Program-made: the position numbers and the translations under genes
Notes under the pieces: generated by a model
Database searches by the model: none
What the model was told of the DNA's origin: nothing
Seen by the model: the letters and a program-made list of their open reading frames with translations, nothing else
IMG/VR virus record: IMGVR_UViG_3300028920_000053
Direction: 5' to 3' (one strand)
Length of the DNA stretch: 29,475 nucleotides
Source: an uncultured virus (IMG/VR IMGVR_UViG_3300028920_000053)
Taxonomy: Duplodnaviria; Heunggongvirae; Uroviricota; Caudoviricetes
Shown here: positions 1 through 8,625 of the stretch, one piece after another
Layout: each line of letters opens with the position of its first letter
How positions within the stretch are numbered: position 1 is the stretch's first letter

Positions 1-1
1 G

Positions 2-844
2 ATCCTGGACGACCCGGGCGATCCCGACCATGCGAGGCATCACTGCTTCGGGTGCGGCTTCGGAGGATACCCGGTCCACCTGGTCGAGGCGGTGCTGTAC
101 TCCCACGTCGACGACGAGGAGGAGCGCCGCGAGATGGCGCGCGAGTGGCTGGATGGGGCGCGCGAGGCGGCGGTCCCGCTGGAGGTGCGGGTCGAGGTGG
201 CGCCCACCCGGGCCCGTCGCGAGCTGCGGATGCCGGGAGGTGTCAAGTTCAAGCCCCTCGACAGGTGGCCGAAGCCGGCGCGGCAGTATGCCCTCGGACG
301 AGGACTCGAAGCGTGGCAGGTGACGAGGTGGGGACTCGGGTATGCGGCGGAGGGGCGGCTGCGCGGGCGTCTCGTCTTTCCTGTCCGAGATGGCGGGGGG
401 AAGCTGATCGGGTACACCGCCCGCAGCTTCACGGGGGCGCGCCGCAAGTACCTGGAGCCGAGCGAGGGAGACGGGGCGACGCCGGGCGCGGTGTTCGGCG
501 AGCAGCACTGGCCCCCTCCCGAGCGACGGAGGATCGTCGTCGCGGCGGAGGGGGCGCTCGACGTCCTGGCGGTCGAGCGGATGGTCCGGCTGCCGATCGC
601 GGGGCTGTACGGATCCAACCTGGCGAGCCGGCACATCCAGCGGCTCAGCACCTTCGGCGTCGTGGTGATGGCGAGCGATCCCGACGCAGCGGGCGATGGG
701 GTCGCTGGCGCCGTGTCGGAAGCGCTCGCTCGGTGGGTCGAGGTGCGGCGCCTGACGCTACCGACGGGGACCGACTGTGCTAGCCTGTGGGTCGAGGATC
801 GCGGGAGGTTCTGCGAGCTGCTGAGGAGCGTGCTCATTGGCTAA
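2..844 (+). CDS. dnaG: DnaG-type DNA primase (CHC2 zinc finger + Toprim), 5'-truncated by the window edge
   Basis: Frame is open from base 2 and reads ...HHCFGCGFGG (zinc-finger half) upstream of the tracked 92..844 ORF. It also has RLVFPVRD...IGYTAR...KYL, Toprim EGALD and DPDAAG. Confidence 0.88.
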   Translation: MLDDPGDPDHARHHCFGCGFGGYPVHLVEAVLYSHVDDEEERREMAREWLDGAREAAVPLEVRVEVAPTRARRELRMPGGVKFKPLDRWPKPARQYALGRGLEAWQVTRWGLGYAAEGRLRGRLVFPVRDGGGKLIGYTARSFTGARRKYLEPSEGDGATPGAVFGEQHWPPPERRRIVVAAEGALDVLAVERMVRLPIAGLYGSNLASRHIQRLSTFGVVVMASDPDAAGDGVAGAVSEALARWVEVRRLTLPTGTDCASLWVEDRGRFCELLRSVLIG

Positions 845-1085
845 CAAGCAGACGGGAATCGGGCTGATGTTCAGGCGCAGCCAGGACGATGCCGTGGGCG
901 AGCTCCGCGAGGTCATCGACCGGTGCGGCGGACGCATCACGCGGATGGCCGAGGACCTGCTCATCTCGCGCCGCCACTTGTACCGGCTGCTCGATCGTGC
1001 GAACCTCTGGGAAGAAGTCGAGGCTGCCCGCAAGCGAGCGAGGGCGCCCCTAGATCCGGAGACACGACAATGGACGAGCAGCTGA
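837..1085 (+). CDS. Small Fis-type helix-turn-helix DNA-binding protein
   Basis: IDRCGGRITRMAEDLLISRRHLYRLL fits the Fis/HTH_8 pattern. TTG start after AGGAG, overlapping the primase stop. Confidence 0.7.
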   Translation: MANKQTGIGLMFRRSQDDAVGELREVIDRCGGRITRMAEDLLISRRHLYRLLDRANLWEEVEAARKRARAPLDPETRQWTSS

Positions 1086-1243
1086 AGTCCCGCCTGGCGG
1101 CGGCGTGCCAGGGAATGACGGCCGAGGAGATCCAGGGGGCCATCGAGCAGTCGGCCATCGCAGGCCAAGTGCCCGATCCCGCCAAGCTGGCCGCATATAT
1201 CCTGGAAGAATGCGGCGAAGAAGGCCCCGAATCGGGCTACTAG
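1070..1243 (+). CDS. Hypothetical protein (57 aa, MDEQLKSRL...)
   Basis: ATG at 1070 after GGAG, in the frame of the tracked 923..1243 ORF; fills the gap in the operon. Confidence 0.55.
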   Translation: MDEQLKSRLAAACQGMTAEEIQGAIEQSAIAGQVPDPAKLAAYILEECGEEGPESGY

Positions 1244-1287
1244 CCGGGAGATCGGGCCTATCCTGACCGACCTGCCAGGGAAACGCC

Positions 1288-1316
1288 TTGGCGTGGCGGC
1301 CATTCGTGGTTAATGT
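1288..1316 (+). promoter_or_regulatory. Sigma70-type promoter TTGGCG-N17-TAATGT
   Basis: Intergenic. Same -35 hexamer and 17-bp spacing as the promoters at 15129 and 26089. Confidence 0.6.
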
Positions 1317-1367
1317 GACATTAGACGTTAACCAAGAAGCCCCCCGATAGGGGGAGGAGAGGCCCCA

Positions 1368-2981
1368 ATGCTAGACAGCACTCGATTTCCCGAGGCGACT
1401 CACCGCGCCGAGCTGGCCGGACAGGTTCTGTTCCTGACGGTCGATAGCTACGACGACGCGTGCGAGCGGCTCCGAAGTACCAACGAGGGAGTCCCCGTCA
1501 TCGTCCCGCTGGACCCCGAAGCAGATCGATCTGCTTCTGATGGGTCGACGCTCGACCCCACGGCGCTCATGCAGCCCGTGCCCAGAAACGACGAAGAGGA
1601 AGCCCCGACCCGCGACGCCGAGGCCGGCGAGGTGAGCGCAAGCGGCGCAGCCCGAAGCCAGACCGACGCCGACGCCGCAACCGCCGCCGGCTTCGCGCCG
1701 AAGCAGCCGCTGTATACACGCGGGACCCGGGTTGTGGAGTGGGGCGTCGAAAACGCCAAGACGAAGCGAGCCGAGTTCGACGCCATGCCCCCGATCGTCG
1801 AGGTGTGCGACGGGCTGATCGAGACGGTCGCCGCCGAGAAGCGGCGGGTGGTCGAGGTCCAGCTCGCCGGGACGCGCTTCGACTCGCAGGGCGGCATCGC
1901 GCTGCCCGGCACCGACGGCCCCGGCAAGGGCCGACGATACCAGCTCGACGACTACGCCTTCCGATCGCTCGTCTCCCGCATGGGGTTGAGCGGCGCGCGA
2001 TACCTCGCCGAGGACTGCTCGCCCAAGCTGCGAGCCATCAACATGAACCACCACTTCGCCGATGCCGAAGTTGACGACCAGCTGCGACTTCTGATGCGCC
2101 GCAACCCGAACGCGCGGGGCGGACATGAGGTCTTCGGGGTTGTCGGGTCCCGCTACCAAGAGGAGTTCCATGCGGGTCGGATCGCCGAGGGAGTCGCGAA
2201 GGCGATGGCAACGACCGAGGCCCGGGGATCGCTGACCTACGATGGCCGGCGCACGAAGATCCAGGCCCTGTTTCATTCGACGGTCGAGCCGGAAGAGTAC
2301 GTCGCGGGCGAGTTCTTCCGGGCCGGCATCCAGGTCCGAACCGACGACACCGGGGGCGGCTCGTGTATCGTCGAGGCTGTCGTCTGGCAGAACCTCTGCC
2401 TGAACCTGATCGTCATCGACCAGGCGGTCTCGGAGATCGCGAACATCATCCACGTCGGCGACCTGTCGAAACTGGAAGACCAGCTCGCTGAGGCGATGGT
2501 CAAGGCGCAGGCCGCCATCGGCCACTTCGTCAAGGCGTGGGGATATGCGACGCACGACGACGTCATCGCCGAGGCGCTGAAGGTCATCCACGACCAGGCA
2601 GCGAAGCGCGAGCTGGAAGCCGCGGCATCGGGCGCGGTTCCGATCGAGGAAGTCATCCCTGGGTTCTACGCCGCCATGAGAAAGCGCGAGCTGGTCCCGC
2701 TGAAGCGCCGCGATGTCCACAAGGACAAGGATACGAAGCGGCTGGTCGCGCCCGACCTCGTCGAGGCTTTCAAGGCCGACGCCAGCGCGGCCCGCGTCAA
2801 GGCGGGAGTCCCCCTTAGCCGGGCGGCCCTCGTCAACGCGGTGACCCGCCACGCCCACACGACGGCGGATGGCACGTTCGCCGAGGACGGGCTCGAAGCG
2901 GCGGCCGGCAAGCTGCTGTTCGGGCGCAACCGCCAGTCCCCTGCGCCGCTCCCCTACCAGGCAGTCGGGCTCGACATCTAA
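1368..2981 (+). CDS. DUF932-like phage/plasmid protein
   Basis: VFGVVGSRYQ, GIQVRTDDTGGGS and WQNLCLNL resemble the DUF932 motifs (V.drY, nshDGs, lvC.NG). SD GGAGGAG present. Confidence 0.6.
   Translation: MLDSTRFPEATHRAELAGQVLFLTVDSYDDACERLRSTNEGVPVIVPLDPEADRSASDGSTLDPTALMQPVPRNDEEEAPTRDAEAGEVSASGAARSQTDADAATAAGFAPKQPLYTRGTRVVEWGVENAKTKRAEFDAMPPIVEVCDGLIETVAAEKRRVVEVQLAGTRFDSQGGIALPGTDGPGKGRRYQLDDYAFRSLVSRMGLSGARYLAEDCSPKLRAINMNHHFADAEVDDQLRLLMRRNPNARGGHEVFGVVGSRYQEEFHAGRIAEGVAKAMATTEARGSLTYDGRRTKIQALFHSTVEPEEYVAGEFFRAGIQVRTDDTGGGSCIVEAVVWQNLCLNLIVIDQAVSEIANIIHVGDLSKLEDQLAEAMVKAQAAIGHFVKAWGYATHDDVIAEALKVIHDQAAKRELEAAASGAVPIEEVIPGFYAAMRKRELVPLKRRDVHKDKDTKRLVAPDLVEAFKADASAARVKAGVPLSRAALVNAVTRHAHTTADGTFAEDGLEAAAGKLLFGRNRQSPAPLPYQAVGLDI
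1518..1537. repeat. 20-bp perfect palindrome GAAGCAGATCGATCTGCTTC, copy 1 of 4
   Basis: Exact sequence, inside the CDS, encoding EADRSAS. Confidence 0.95.
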
Positions 2982-3087
2982 TCCGACGCATAGCCTCGGG
3001 CGCCGAAGCCGGTTAACTTGGCCGGCCTTCGACGCCCGCATTATGCGCCGGTGATGGACGCGCCGCGCGCCTGGACAAGGAGAGGAC

Positions 3088-3330
3088 ATGGACCTGAAAA
3101 GGACGACATCCGACATGCTGACCGTCGGGGACATCGCGCAGTGGAAGGAGGACGAGGACATCACCGTCGCCGGGATGACCTGGGCAGGTGGCCTGTGGAG
3201 TGTGCGGCTCGTGCATCGGGCATTCACTCCGGCGATGCGAGTCGTCGTCGCCGAGGCGAAGGAACTGGACGTCGCGCTGTGGGCGGCGAAGCTGAAGCTG
3301 GGGAGGCATTCCGATGCCCTCCCGTCGTGA
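3088..3330 (+). CDS. Hypothetical protein (80 aa)
   Basis: ATG after GGAGAGGA; codon usage like neighbouring genes; overlaps the next start. Confidence 0.65.
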   Translation: MDLKRTTSDMLTVGDIAQWKEDEDITVAGMTWAGGLWSVRLVHRAFTPAMRVVVAEAKELDVALWAAKLKLGRHSDALPS

Positions 3331-4006
3331 CAGCGTGATCGCGGAACTGAGCACCGAGCTGCTGAGCGGTCGTGTCGACTTCGGGCGGTTCGCTCGGGAG
3401 ACGGACGGCGAGTGGCGGGCGTTGGCCCGGATGCTACTTCGGCGATGGGATGCGCCCCCGAGCGCGGGCGAGGACGACCTGGTGCAGGAGATGCTGGTCG
3501 CGGCCTGGACGAGCATGCCGAGGTTCGACCCTTCGAGGGGACCGTCCCTCCACCGATTCGTCACTTACAACGCCGTGGACAAGGCCAAGAAGTGGCTCCA
3601 CAAGGCGAGGAAGGCCACGCGAGAGGGGGACAGGGGTCGGTCGCGGTATCCGGTGCCGGCGTCGATGCTGAGGAAGGACGAGCGGGCTGCCGTCGAATAC
3701 CTGGACCGCCGGAGGGTGAGCCCCGACGCCTCGCCGGAGGAGGCGATCGAACGAGAACAGGAGCGACGCGAGTCGCTGATCCGCGTGCTCGAGCAGATGG
3801 ACGACGACCTCGACCGCTTGCTGGTGCTCGCGGTCGTCGACGCGGAGGGCGACCTGGAATTGGCGGCCAGTCGGTTGTGGGAGGATTCGCGGATGCGCCT
3901 GGCGCTGCGGGGAGGGGATCGCGAGGACGTGAGGAAGAAGCTGAGGCGGGCGGTGGCCCGCGCTGCGGAAGCAGATCGATCTGCTTCCCGCGGCATCAAC
4001 AGATAG
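3314..4006 (+). CDS. Phage-encoded sigma-70/ECF-like RNA polymerase sigma factor
   Basis: Region-2 pattern EDDLVQEMLVAAWTSMPRFDPSRGPSLHRFV, followed by SPEE and a helical C-terminus. Confidence 0.8.
   Translation: MPSRRDSVIAELSTELLSGRVDFGRFARETDGEWRALARMLLRRWDAPPSAGEDDLVQEMLVAAWTSMPRFDPSRGPSLHRFVTYNAVDKAKKWLHKARKATREGDRGRSRYPVPASMLRKDERAAVEYLDRRRVSPDASPEEAIEREQERRESLIRVLEQMDDDLDRLLVLAVVDAEGDLELAASRLWEDSRMRLALRGGDREDVRKKLRRAVARAAEADRSASRGINR
3968..3987. repeat. 20-bp palindrome, copy 2 of 4 (extends to 22 bp)
   Basis: GGAAGCAGATCGATCTGCTTCC at 3967-3988, at the 3' end of the sigma gene, encoding EADRSAS. Confidence 0.95.
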
Positions 4007-4032
4007 AGGACGAGCACCGAGAGGAGAAACGG

Positions 4033-5304
4033 ATGAGCAAGAAAACGAACATCGACCTGACCAAGGTCGACGAGGGTTTGATCGAAAGCTACCTGTCAGA
4101 CTATGGCGTCGTGCTGGACGCGGACGCCACGCTGGAGGACAAGGCGCTGGCGCTGGAGGAGTACACGCGGAAGCAGATCCCGAAGGAACACCTGGCCGAT
4201 TGCGACACCTGCGGCGGCGACAGCGACATCACCCTGCCGAGCTGCCCCTACTGTGGGGACGGCGCGGTCGAGGGGGACATCCCGGAGACGGCCGAGGCTG
4301 CCCGGCAGCAGCTCAACGACGACTCGGGCTCATACGAGGAAGACGAACAGGGGTCGGCGGACGCCCCGGAACAGGAGGAAAGCACCGTGGCGACCAAGAA
4401 ACGGACGGCCAAGAAGGCCAGCAAGAAACCGAGCAAGAAGCAGACGAAGAAGGCACCGAGCAAGAAACGGAGCCAGGCCAAGAAGGACGACCAGGAATCG
4501 GCGACGGAAGTGGTCGACGGCGTGTTGGTCGAGGCGACGGGAGTCGAGGTGGTCGAGGCCCAGGTGGAGGCTGTCCGACAGCTCGACGACGGCATCGTCG
4601 AGGTCAAGCGGCTGTTCATCGAGGGCGCGCAGAAAGTCTGGGAGCTGGGCCGCGCGATCAAGCACCTGCACGAGTCCGAGCTGTGGAAGCATCGGCTGAC
4701 CGAGGACGGGAAGCAGGCATACAAGGCGTGGGGCGCCTTCGTCCGAACCGAGCTCCACATGAGCCCGACGCACGCGTTCAGCGTGATGGACGTCGCCGAG
4801 CACTTCACCGAGCAGCAGATCGCGGAGCTGGGCGTCGCGAAGCTGAACATCGTCTTGAAGCTGCCGGACGGCGAGCGCGAGAACATGATCGAGCGGGCCA
4901 AGAGTGGGATGAGCCTCTCGCAGGTCAGCAACGAGGTCCGCGACCGCATCGCGAAGAAGGGGGGGAAGGCCAGGAGCACCGGACGGCTCACGCCGGCGCA
5001 GGTCGCGAGAAACCGCAAGGGTGGGGTCGGGAAGGCCAAGAAGTCCAAGGCGAAGAAGGCGGACGGCGGCGAGGTCACTGCGGTGGCCCAGCTCGGGCGG
5101 ACCACCGTCAAGCTGTTCGCGGCCCCGAACGCGACCGAGAAGAAGGAGGGGCTCAAGGTCAGCAAGCGTCGCGCGACGACGATCGCCCAGGATCCGAGCG
5201 GCGCCGAGGAGCTGGTCAACGGGGTCGTCGTCCGGTACCGAATCGTCAAGCAGGCCGCCGGGCTCGCCCTCGTGATCGAGCGTCGACGGGAGTCGGACGA
5301 ATAG
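4033..5304 (+). CDS. Putative DNA-binding protein: Zn ribbon, Lys-rich segments and a DUF3102-like helical domain
   Basis: ATG 4033 after GAGGAG. CDTC...CPYC; KKASKKPSKK tract; WELGRAIKHL...WGAFVRTELHMSPTHAFSVMDVA resembles DUF3102-type phage proteins. Confidence 0.6.
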   Translation: MSKKTNIDLTKVDEGLIESYLSDYGVVLDADATLEDKALALEEYTRKQIPKEHLADCDTCGGDSDITLPSCPYCGDGAVEGDIPETAEAARQQLNDDSGSYEEDEQGSADAPEQEESTVATKKRTAKKASKKPSKKQTKKAPSKKRSQAKKDDQESATEVVDGVLVEATGVEVVEAQVEAVRQLDDGIVEVKRLFIEGAQKVWELGRAIKHLHESELWKHRLTEDGKQAYKAWGAFVRTELHMSPTHAFSVMDVAEHFTEQQIAELGVAKLNIVLKLPDGERENMIERAKSGMSLSQVSNEVRDRIAKKGGKARSTGRLTPAQVARNRKGGVGKAKKSKAKKADGGEVTAVAQLGRTTVKLFAAPNATEKKEGLKVSKRRATTIAQDPSGAEELVNGVVVRYRIVKQAAGLALVIERRRESDE

Positions 5305-5322
5305 GGGCATAATCGCGGCATG
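5304..5322 (+). promoter_or_regulatory. Putative leaderless promoter GGGGCATAAT-N6-ATG
   Basis: CATAAT at 5308-5313, six bases before the polB ATG; no SD. The motif recurs at 7821, 22531 and 28650. Confidence 0.6.
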
Positions 5323-7815
5323 AAACGCCGCCAGAAGGATCCGGGCGCGGCAGCCCGGCAGGAGCCCGAGGTAGTCAATGCGGTGTGGCAAGGCAAGGAT
5401 GTCGTGCTGCTCAGCAGGGACTCCTCGGGTTCGTTGATCAAGCGGACGAAGAAGGCCGAGTTCGTCTGCTACCTGCGCGGCGAGGACGTCGACGCCGAGA
5501 TGGAAAGGATGCTGCGGGCGACGCGCGCGGTCATCGGCGTCCGTCGGGAGGGGAAGTGGGTCCGGATCAACTGGCGGTCGTGGGACGACCTGCGCCGGAT
5601 GTGCCGCCCTGGCGGCTGGTTCGAGGGGAAGGGGATCGCCACCTTCGAGGCCGACCTCAACCCGGTCAAGCGCTGGATGGCCGACAGCCGCTGCCGGATT
5701 CAGAGGCCGCGCTTCGCGTTCCTCGACCTGGAGACGGACTCGCGAGTGCCGCCGCGGAAGGCGATCGAGGGGGAGGCCAGGATCCTAAGCTGGTCGCTCG
5801 TGTTCGAGGATGGCGAGGCGGTGCTCGATGTCTTGGAGGAAGATACCGACGAGGCGGAGGCCGACCTGCTGGAGGACCTGTGGAGCGAGCTGGTCGAGGT
5901 CGATTTGATTATCGCGTGGGGCGGCGACGGCTTCGACTTCCCGGTGCTGAAGAAGCGGACCGCCCACCGGGGGATCAGGGTGGATCCGCGCCGGTGGCTG
6001 TTCCTCGATCAGATGGAGCTGTTCCGGAAGTTCAACATGTCGGCGGCCGAGTCGGGCGACGAGAAGCAGTCGGTCGCCCTGGAGAACGTCGGACAGGCGC
6101 TGCTCGGCCGTGGCAAGGTGGACTTCGACGCGTCGATGACCTGGGAAGCCTGGTATGAGGGCGGACAGGCTCGCGAGGAGCTGGGCCGGTACAATGTCGG
6201 CGACGCGAGGCTGCAGCGGGACATCGAGCTGGAGACCGGATTCGTCGAGCTGCTGTTCACCCTCGCCGGGATCTGCGGGGTCTTCCCCGACAGCTACGGG
6301 ATGAACGCCACGAATTTCGTCGAGGCGTACATGCTGCGGCTCGGCCTCGACCACGACGAGCACTTCCGCTCGACCTTCGGCTACGAGGGGCATGAGCAAT
6401 TTGCCGGCGCATTCGTGATGGAGCCGACCAAGACGGGCATCGTCAGGCACGTCCATGTCGTCGACTTCTCCAGCCTGTACCCCTCGATCATCCAGACCTT
6501 CAACCTGTCGCCGGAGACGCATGACCCGGACCACGTCGCGCCCGACCCCTCGAAGTGGCCGACCTATCTGATGCACTCCAAGGTCCCGGAGCTCAAGGTC
6601 CCCGAGGGTCTCTGCTGCGCGCCCATCACGAACAAGTTCTTCCGGGCAGCGCCGCCCGGGCTCCTGCCCCTCGCGCTCGACAGCATGAAGGCGATGCGGA
6701 AGAAGTGGTCGGACAAGGAGGCGAGCCTTCCTCCCGGGACTCCGGAGGCGGCGGAGGCACACCGACTGAGCGCGGGGGCGAAGATCATGGTGAACAGCTT
6801 CTACGGCGTCGCCGGTTCCTCCTTCTCGCGCCTGTACCACCGGGAGGTCGCGGAGAGCACGAGCCAGGGCGGCGTGTGGCTGATCAAGAAAACGATCGAG
6901 GCGGCCGAGTCTGACAGGTGGGGGATGACCGCGCTCTATGGGGACACGGACTCGGACTTCCTGATGGGATGCGGGTGCCCGCCCGACGCGCACGAGTGCG
7001 CCTGGGAAGGTCGCGTCGCCGAGTTCGTCGACTGGTGCAACGAGGAGCTGTACCCCGACCTGCTCGAGCGACGAGGCGCCCAGCGGAACGAAATCAAGCT
7101 CGCGTACGAGAAGGCATTCGACCGGCTCATCATGGTCGGCAAGAAGCGGTACGCCGGCAGCTTCCTCCACTACAAGGGGACCCGCGCCCGCGAGGACTCG
7201 AAGCCGGAGATCAAGGGACTGGAGTACAAGCGGGGCGACACGGCCAGGCTCGCGCGGCGGATGCAGAAGGAGCTGATCGACCTGCTCTTGTCGGGAGTGG
7301 ACGACCCGGACTTCCTGGAAGGGTGGGCGATGGGCTGGCGCTGGAAGGTGCTCGCCGAGCCGATCAACATGGACGACATCACGCTCGCCAAGCGGTTGAG
7401 CAAGCCGCTCGCAGCCTATCGGCGCAAGCGGAAGAAGGACGGAACATGGGGATCGCTTCCGCCCCACGTCGAGGTGGCGAGGTCGATGGCCGAGCAGGGA
7501 GCGGACATCGGGGAGGGCACGAGGATCGAGTACATCGTCACCGACGGGGGGACGCCCCAGAAAGCCATCTCGGTGTCGGAGTATGAGCCCGACGCGGAGG
7601 ATCGGGTGTACGTCTGGGAGTCGCTCACCTTCCCGCCGAGCCAGCGGGTGCTCGAGGCGTGCTTCCCGCAGAAGCGGTGGAAGAACCTCTTGCGAGGACG
7701 ACGCAAGAAGGTCCGCGCCAAGAAGGAGCCGCCGCCGAAGCCGATGGCCAACGGGCGGAAGCCTCGGAAGGGCAAGCCGGCGCCGCCAGGCCAGAGTAAG
7801 CTGGTGGGATTCTGA
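5320..7815 (+). CDS. polB: Family B DNA polymerase with 3'-5' exonuclease
   Basis: ExoI FLDLETD, ExoII GFDFPVL, ExoIII YNVGD; polymerase motifs DFSSLYPSII, KIMVNSFYG, YGDTDS, KKRY. Confidence 0.97.
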   Translation: MKRRQKDPGAAARQEPEVVNAVWQGKDVVLLSRDSSGSLIKRTKKAEFVCYLRGEDVDAEMERMLRATRAVIGVRREGKWVRINWRSWDDLRRMCRPGGWFEGKGIATFEADLNPVKRWMADSRCRIQRPRFAFLDLETDSRVPPRKAIEGEARILSWSLVFEDGEAVLDVLEEDTDEAEADLLEDLWSELVEVDLIIAWGGDGFDFPVLKKRTAHRGIRVDPRRWLFLDQMELFRKFNMSAAESGDEKQSVALENVGQALLGRGKVDFDASMTWEAWYEGGQAREELGRYNVGDARLQRDIELETGFVELLFTLAGICGVFPDSYGMNATNFVEAYMLRLGLDHDEHFRSTFGYEGHEQFAGAFVMEPTKTGIVRHVHVVDFSSLYPSIIQTFNLSPETHDPDHVAPDPSKWPTYLMHSKVPELKVPEGLCCAPITNKFFRAAPPGLLPLALDSMKAMRKKWSDKEASLPPGTPEAAEAHRLSAGAKIMVNSFYGVAGSSFSRLYHREVAESTSQGGVWLIKKTIEAAESDRWGMTALYGDTDSDFLMGCGCPPDAHECAWEGRVAEFVDWCNEELYPDLLERRGAQRNEIKLAYEKAFDRLIMVGKKRYAGSFLHYKGTRAREDSKPEIKGLEYKRGDTARLARRMQKELIDLLLSGVDDPDFLEGWAMGWRWKVLAEPINMDDITLAKRLSKPLAAYRRKRKKDGTWGSLPPHVEVARSMAEQGADIGEGTRIEYIVTDGGTPQKAISVSEYEPDAEDRVYVWESLTFPPSQRVLEACFPQKRWKNLLRGRRKKVRAKKEPPPKPMANGRKPRKGKPAPPGQSKLVGF

Positions 7816-7816
7816 C

Positions 7817-7835
7817 GCGGCATAACGGACTCATG
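7817..7835 (+). promoter_or_regulatory. Putative leaderless promoter GCGGCATAAC-N6-ATG
   Basis: CATAAC at 7821-7826; ATG at 7833. Confidence 0.55.
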
Positions 7836-8552
7836 AGGAAGCGCAGCACCAAGAAGTCGCCCGCCGGGCAGGGATCATTCCTAAGCGACGGGCCAGAAGG
7901 AAACCCAGCCGACTCGCCCGCCGAACCCGAGGCCAAGGCGCCGGCGAAGAAGTCGGGGGGCAAGAAGACCGAGGCCCCGAGCCTCGACAAGCGGGCGGGC
8001 GCGATGGCGGACATGGGCCAGGATGAGCCGCGCAAGCCGCGGCGCGGCGACGCCAATGTGGATGCGGTGCTCGATCCGGAGTACAAGCGGATCGTCGACG
8101 TGCTGTTCGACCTGCCCGATCCGTTCGAGGTCGAACAGCGGGTCCGTGAGGGGCTCAGCTTCCAGGGCACCAAGGCGAGCCGGGCCGAGTACGGGACGCT
8201 GATCGACGCGCTCGACGAGGCGGAGGAGCTGACGCGCCAGGCGATGAAGCTGGTCGTCAACGCGAAGGAGGCGCGCGACCTGTTCGAGATGGACGCCCGC
8301 ATCGTGATGGGGGCGCTGCGCGAGGCGGCTCAGTCGGTGCTGATGGAGGAGTACCGGAACAAGCAGCGTCGCTCGCCGACGAACGACGACATCGAGGGCT
8401 ACATCGCGACCCACCACGCGGACGAGTACCGGGACATCGAGACGCGGAGGGCTCGGGCTCGGCGCATGTGCGAGTACCTGGAGGATCTCCACAGGAGGTC
8501 GGCGTCGCGGGCCATCCACCTGCGCGATATGGTGAAGGGGTCGAGGGGCTAG
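7833..8552 (+). CDS. Helical protein, possibly a UvsY-like recombination mediator
   Basis: Long helices with PTNDDIEGYIAT...EYRDIE...EYLEDL, recalling UvsY-like phage proteins; lies next to SSB-like and RecA genes. The ORF is solid; the function is inferred. Confidence 0.5.
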   Translation: MRKRSTKKSPAGQGSFLSDGPEGNPADSPAEPEAKAPAKKSGGKKTEAPSLDKRAGAMADMGQDEPRKPRRGDANVDAVLDPEYKRIVDVLFDLPDPFEVEQRVREGLSFQGTKASRAEYGTLIDALDEAEELTRQAMKLVVNAKEARDLFEMDARIVMGALREAAQSVLMEEYRNKQRRSPTNDDIEGYIATHHADEYRDIETRRARARRMCEYLEDLHRRSASRAIHLRDMVKGSRG

Positions 8553-8556
8553 GCCC

Positions 8557-8576
8557 GAAGCAGATCGATCTGCTTC
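8557..8576. repeat. 20-bp palindrome, copy 3 of 4 (extends to 24 bp, intergenic)
   Basis: CCGAAGCAGATCGATCTGCTTCGG at 8555-8578. Confidence 0.95.
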
Positions 8577-8625
8577 GGAACCGGGAACGAAAACGGAAAC
8601 CAAACGGAACGAACGGAACAGAACG

